Source of the DNA: Eledone cirrhosa | Taxonomy: Eukaryota | NCBI GenBank assembly: GCA_964016885.1 | Contig: OZ024742.1 | Location: 216,690,001 to 216,754,000, forward strand | Length of the DNA: 64,000 bases | Direction: 5' to 3' | Shown: positions 61,869 through 64,000 of the stretch, piece after piece | Position numbering within the stretch: the stretch's first letter is position 1 | Layout of the letters: every line of letters begins with the position of its first letter | Program-made: the position numbers and the translations under genes | The notes under the pieces: model-generated | Databases searched by the model: none | Told to the model about the DNA's origin: nothing | What the model saw: the letters and a program-made list of their open reading frames with translations, nothing else

Positions 61869-62037
61869 AATGTGGTTTGCGACTGGCAAACACATCATCG
61901 TTCCCATTATCACCATCATCAACAGGAGCAACATCAGCGGCCTCAGCAAGGGGAGCACTATCATACATGATATCATTATCCCAATCGGCATACCATGGCA
62001 TACCATGGCATACCATGGACTCCGCAGACGACTTTAC
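61869..62037 (+). other. Candidate exon, frame undetermined
   Basis: Strong acceptor (T-run...TTTTGTGTAG); GC-richer unique sequence; possible donor GTAGGC at 62038. Confidence 0.35.
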
Positions 62038-62600
62038 GTAGGCAACACTAATTGCATACACATTAATAGAGTTCATTATGTGAATTCAATAATCATTCCT
62101 CTTTCTATCGTCGTTAATGTGCTCCATGCGTAATATATAGCATACAGATAATTGTCGAATGTGAAAATATCCTTTCATATATATATATATGTGTGTGTGA
62201 GTGTGTGTATGTGTGTGTGTGTGTGAGAGAGAGAGAGGTGGGGGGGGCGTATAATGTGTATATATAATAATATATATACACAATTGTGAATGCTATTAAA
62301 CTACCATAAAACTGGCATATTCACGACACCCATTTCCTTAGTTGTTTTTTTATTTATTTGCTTAAAATACTCAGGTGAACGCCATCTTTGAAATCACAGA
62401 TCTCGCGAAAAATAGCAAAAAAAGGTGGGAATTAAATTATGGTTCTAGACACTTTGATATTTCGCCTTAGAAGGCTGTACAAAATATCAGAAAATACAAC
62501 ATATACAGTTAGTTCACGCGGACATGTATATATATATATACACACACATGCGTACAGATATAGATGTATATAATGGAAACATATATCTATCGGTGTACGA

Positions 62601-62639
<39 letters not shown>

Positions 62640-62883
62640 ACATACACACACATATATATATATATATGTGTGTGTGTGTATTTGTGTGTGTATGTGTGCG
62701 TGTGCGTGTGTCTGTGTGTGTGTGCGTGTGTAATATAGAGAGTGGTGTGATCATACGCGGAGATGCTTATAAAAATAGGTTATAAAATAAGTTGAAGTTT
62801 TAAAGACGTAAAAGTCTGGGAGATCATCTTCGTATATATATATTTTTTTTTATAGCATCTCCGCGTACGATTACACCACTTTC

Positions 62884-62987
<104 letters not shown>

Positions 62988-63640
62988 TCACACACAGATA
63001 CAAACCTTTAACTGCGCCTAGATGCTGGTCTTCCATAGAGAAAGGTGATGCATGATAATATTGAATATATGAGGATATCAATAAAGTGAGATATGATTTA
63101 TAGGTGAAAGATCCTTATAGGCTTGTGTAAAAAAAGTGATAGTACGAACTGGAAGCAGTGATCATTGAGTGTGCTATAAAAGATGGTCTACGTGCGTATT
63201 AGTTGCAAATAAATTTTATGAAAAACCTGACCTCGGTAATGATTATGGGTACCTGCACATATAGTTAGGAGAATCCGGACGCCGGAGCTGCTATCCAGCT
63301 ATAGATAGGAATTTCCATTGTTGTAGAATGGGCTAGGTGGCATGGAAGTAAGGATAGAAGAAATCGGATCTGGTGATTAAGCAGAAATGGCATTTAAATT
63401 TTTTTTTAATTTTCAACCTCTTAACTGTTCAAGCGTTGGCTTCCCCAGCAAAAATAAACAACTAATCATTCGCAAGTAAACAGCTGTCGTTAAATTCGGA
63501 TACCACATGCCTTATCACAGGCTGAGTTTTCTCCTATCCTTTGGATACACAAAACATAAACTACATTATTTCCACAAAATGGCTGACTTGAAAAAAAAAT
63601 GTTTCTCTATCTTTCTATTTCATCCTTTGTCTCTCCTTCT

Positions 63641-63678
63641 GTCTGCTGATAAAGGACTTGCAACCGAAACGCAAAGAC
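63641..63678 (+). other. Decayed minimal hammerhead in a probable old PLE terminus
   Basis: GTCTG-CTGATAA-AGG...CC-GAAAC-GCA-AAGAC; three substitutions away from CTGATGA...GAAAC-GTA-CAGAC. Confidence 0.4.
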
Positions 63679-63775
63679 TCTTTTTCTACTAAATCAAGCT
63701 AATATAGTTGTAAATTAAACTAATATTGTTCTTCATTGTACTGTGTCGTCTGCTTTGTTGTTTCCGTTTACTTTT

Positions 63776-63833
<58 letters not shown>

Positions 63834-63837
63834 TACG

Positions 63838-63910
<73 letters not shown>

Positions 63911-64000
63911 ATGTATGTATGTATGTATGTATGTATGTATGTATGTATGTATATGTATATATATTAGGAATTCTACCCTTAGTTTTAGGACTGAACTCCG

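Overview
AT-rich, microsatellite-dense animal DNA. The abundant tRNA-derived SINE and overall composition suggest an octopod/coleoid cephalopod (inference). Almost all ORFs in the track are (TA)n/(CA)n/(TACA)n artefacts. Supportable content: fragments of RTE-group LINEs, several subfamilies of short bipartite RTE derivatives, about 20 recognisable copies of one SINE, a Penelope-like element (PLE) with a stop-free GIY-YIG frame (29564-30217, minus), and many short fold-back inverted repeats. The main finding is that these fold-backs and PLE termini carry several sequence-unrelated families of type I hammerhead ribozyme. They include a canonical copy (26755-26805), a U3-A8 covariant minimal form, a U4A form, a form lacking stem III, and a recurrent A6G core change. 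Two plus-strand micro-exon candidates (4807-4833, 15542-15572) join in frame, so much of the window may be intronic to a host gene. All structures were read by eye; nothing was computed or searched.
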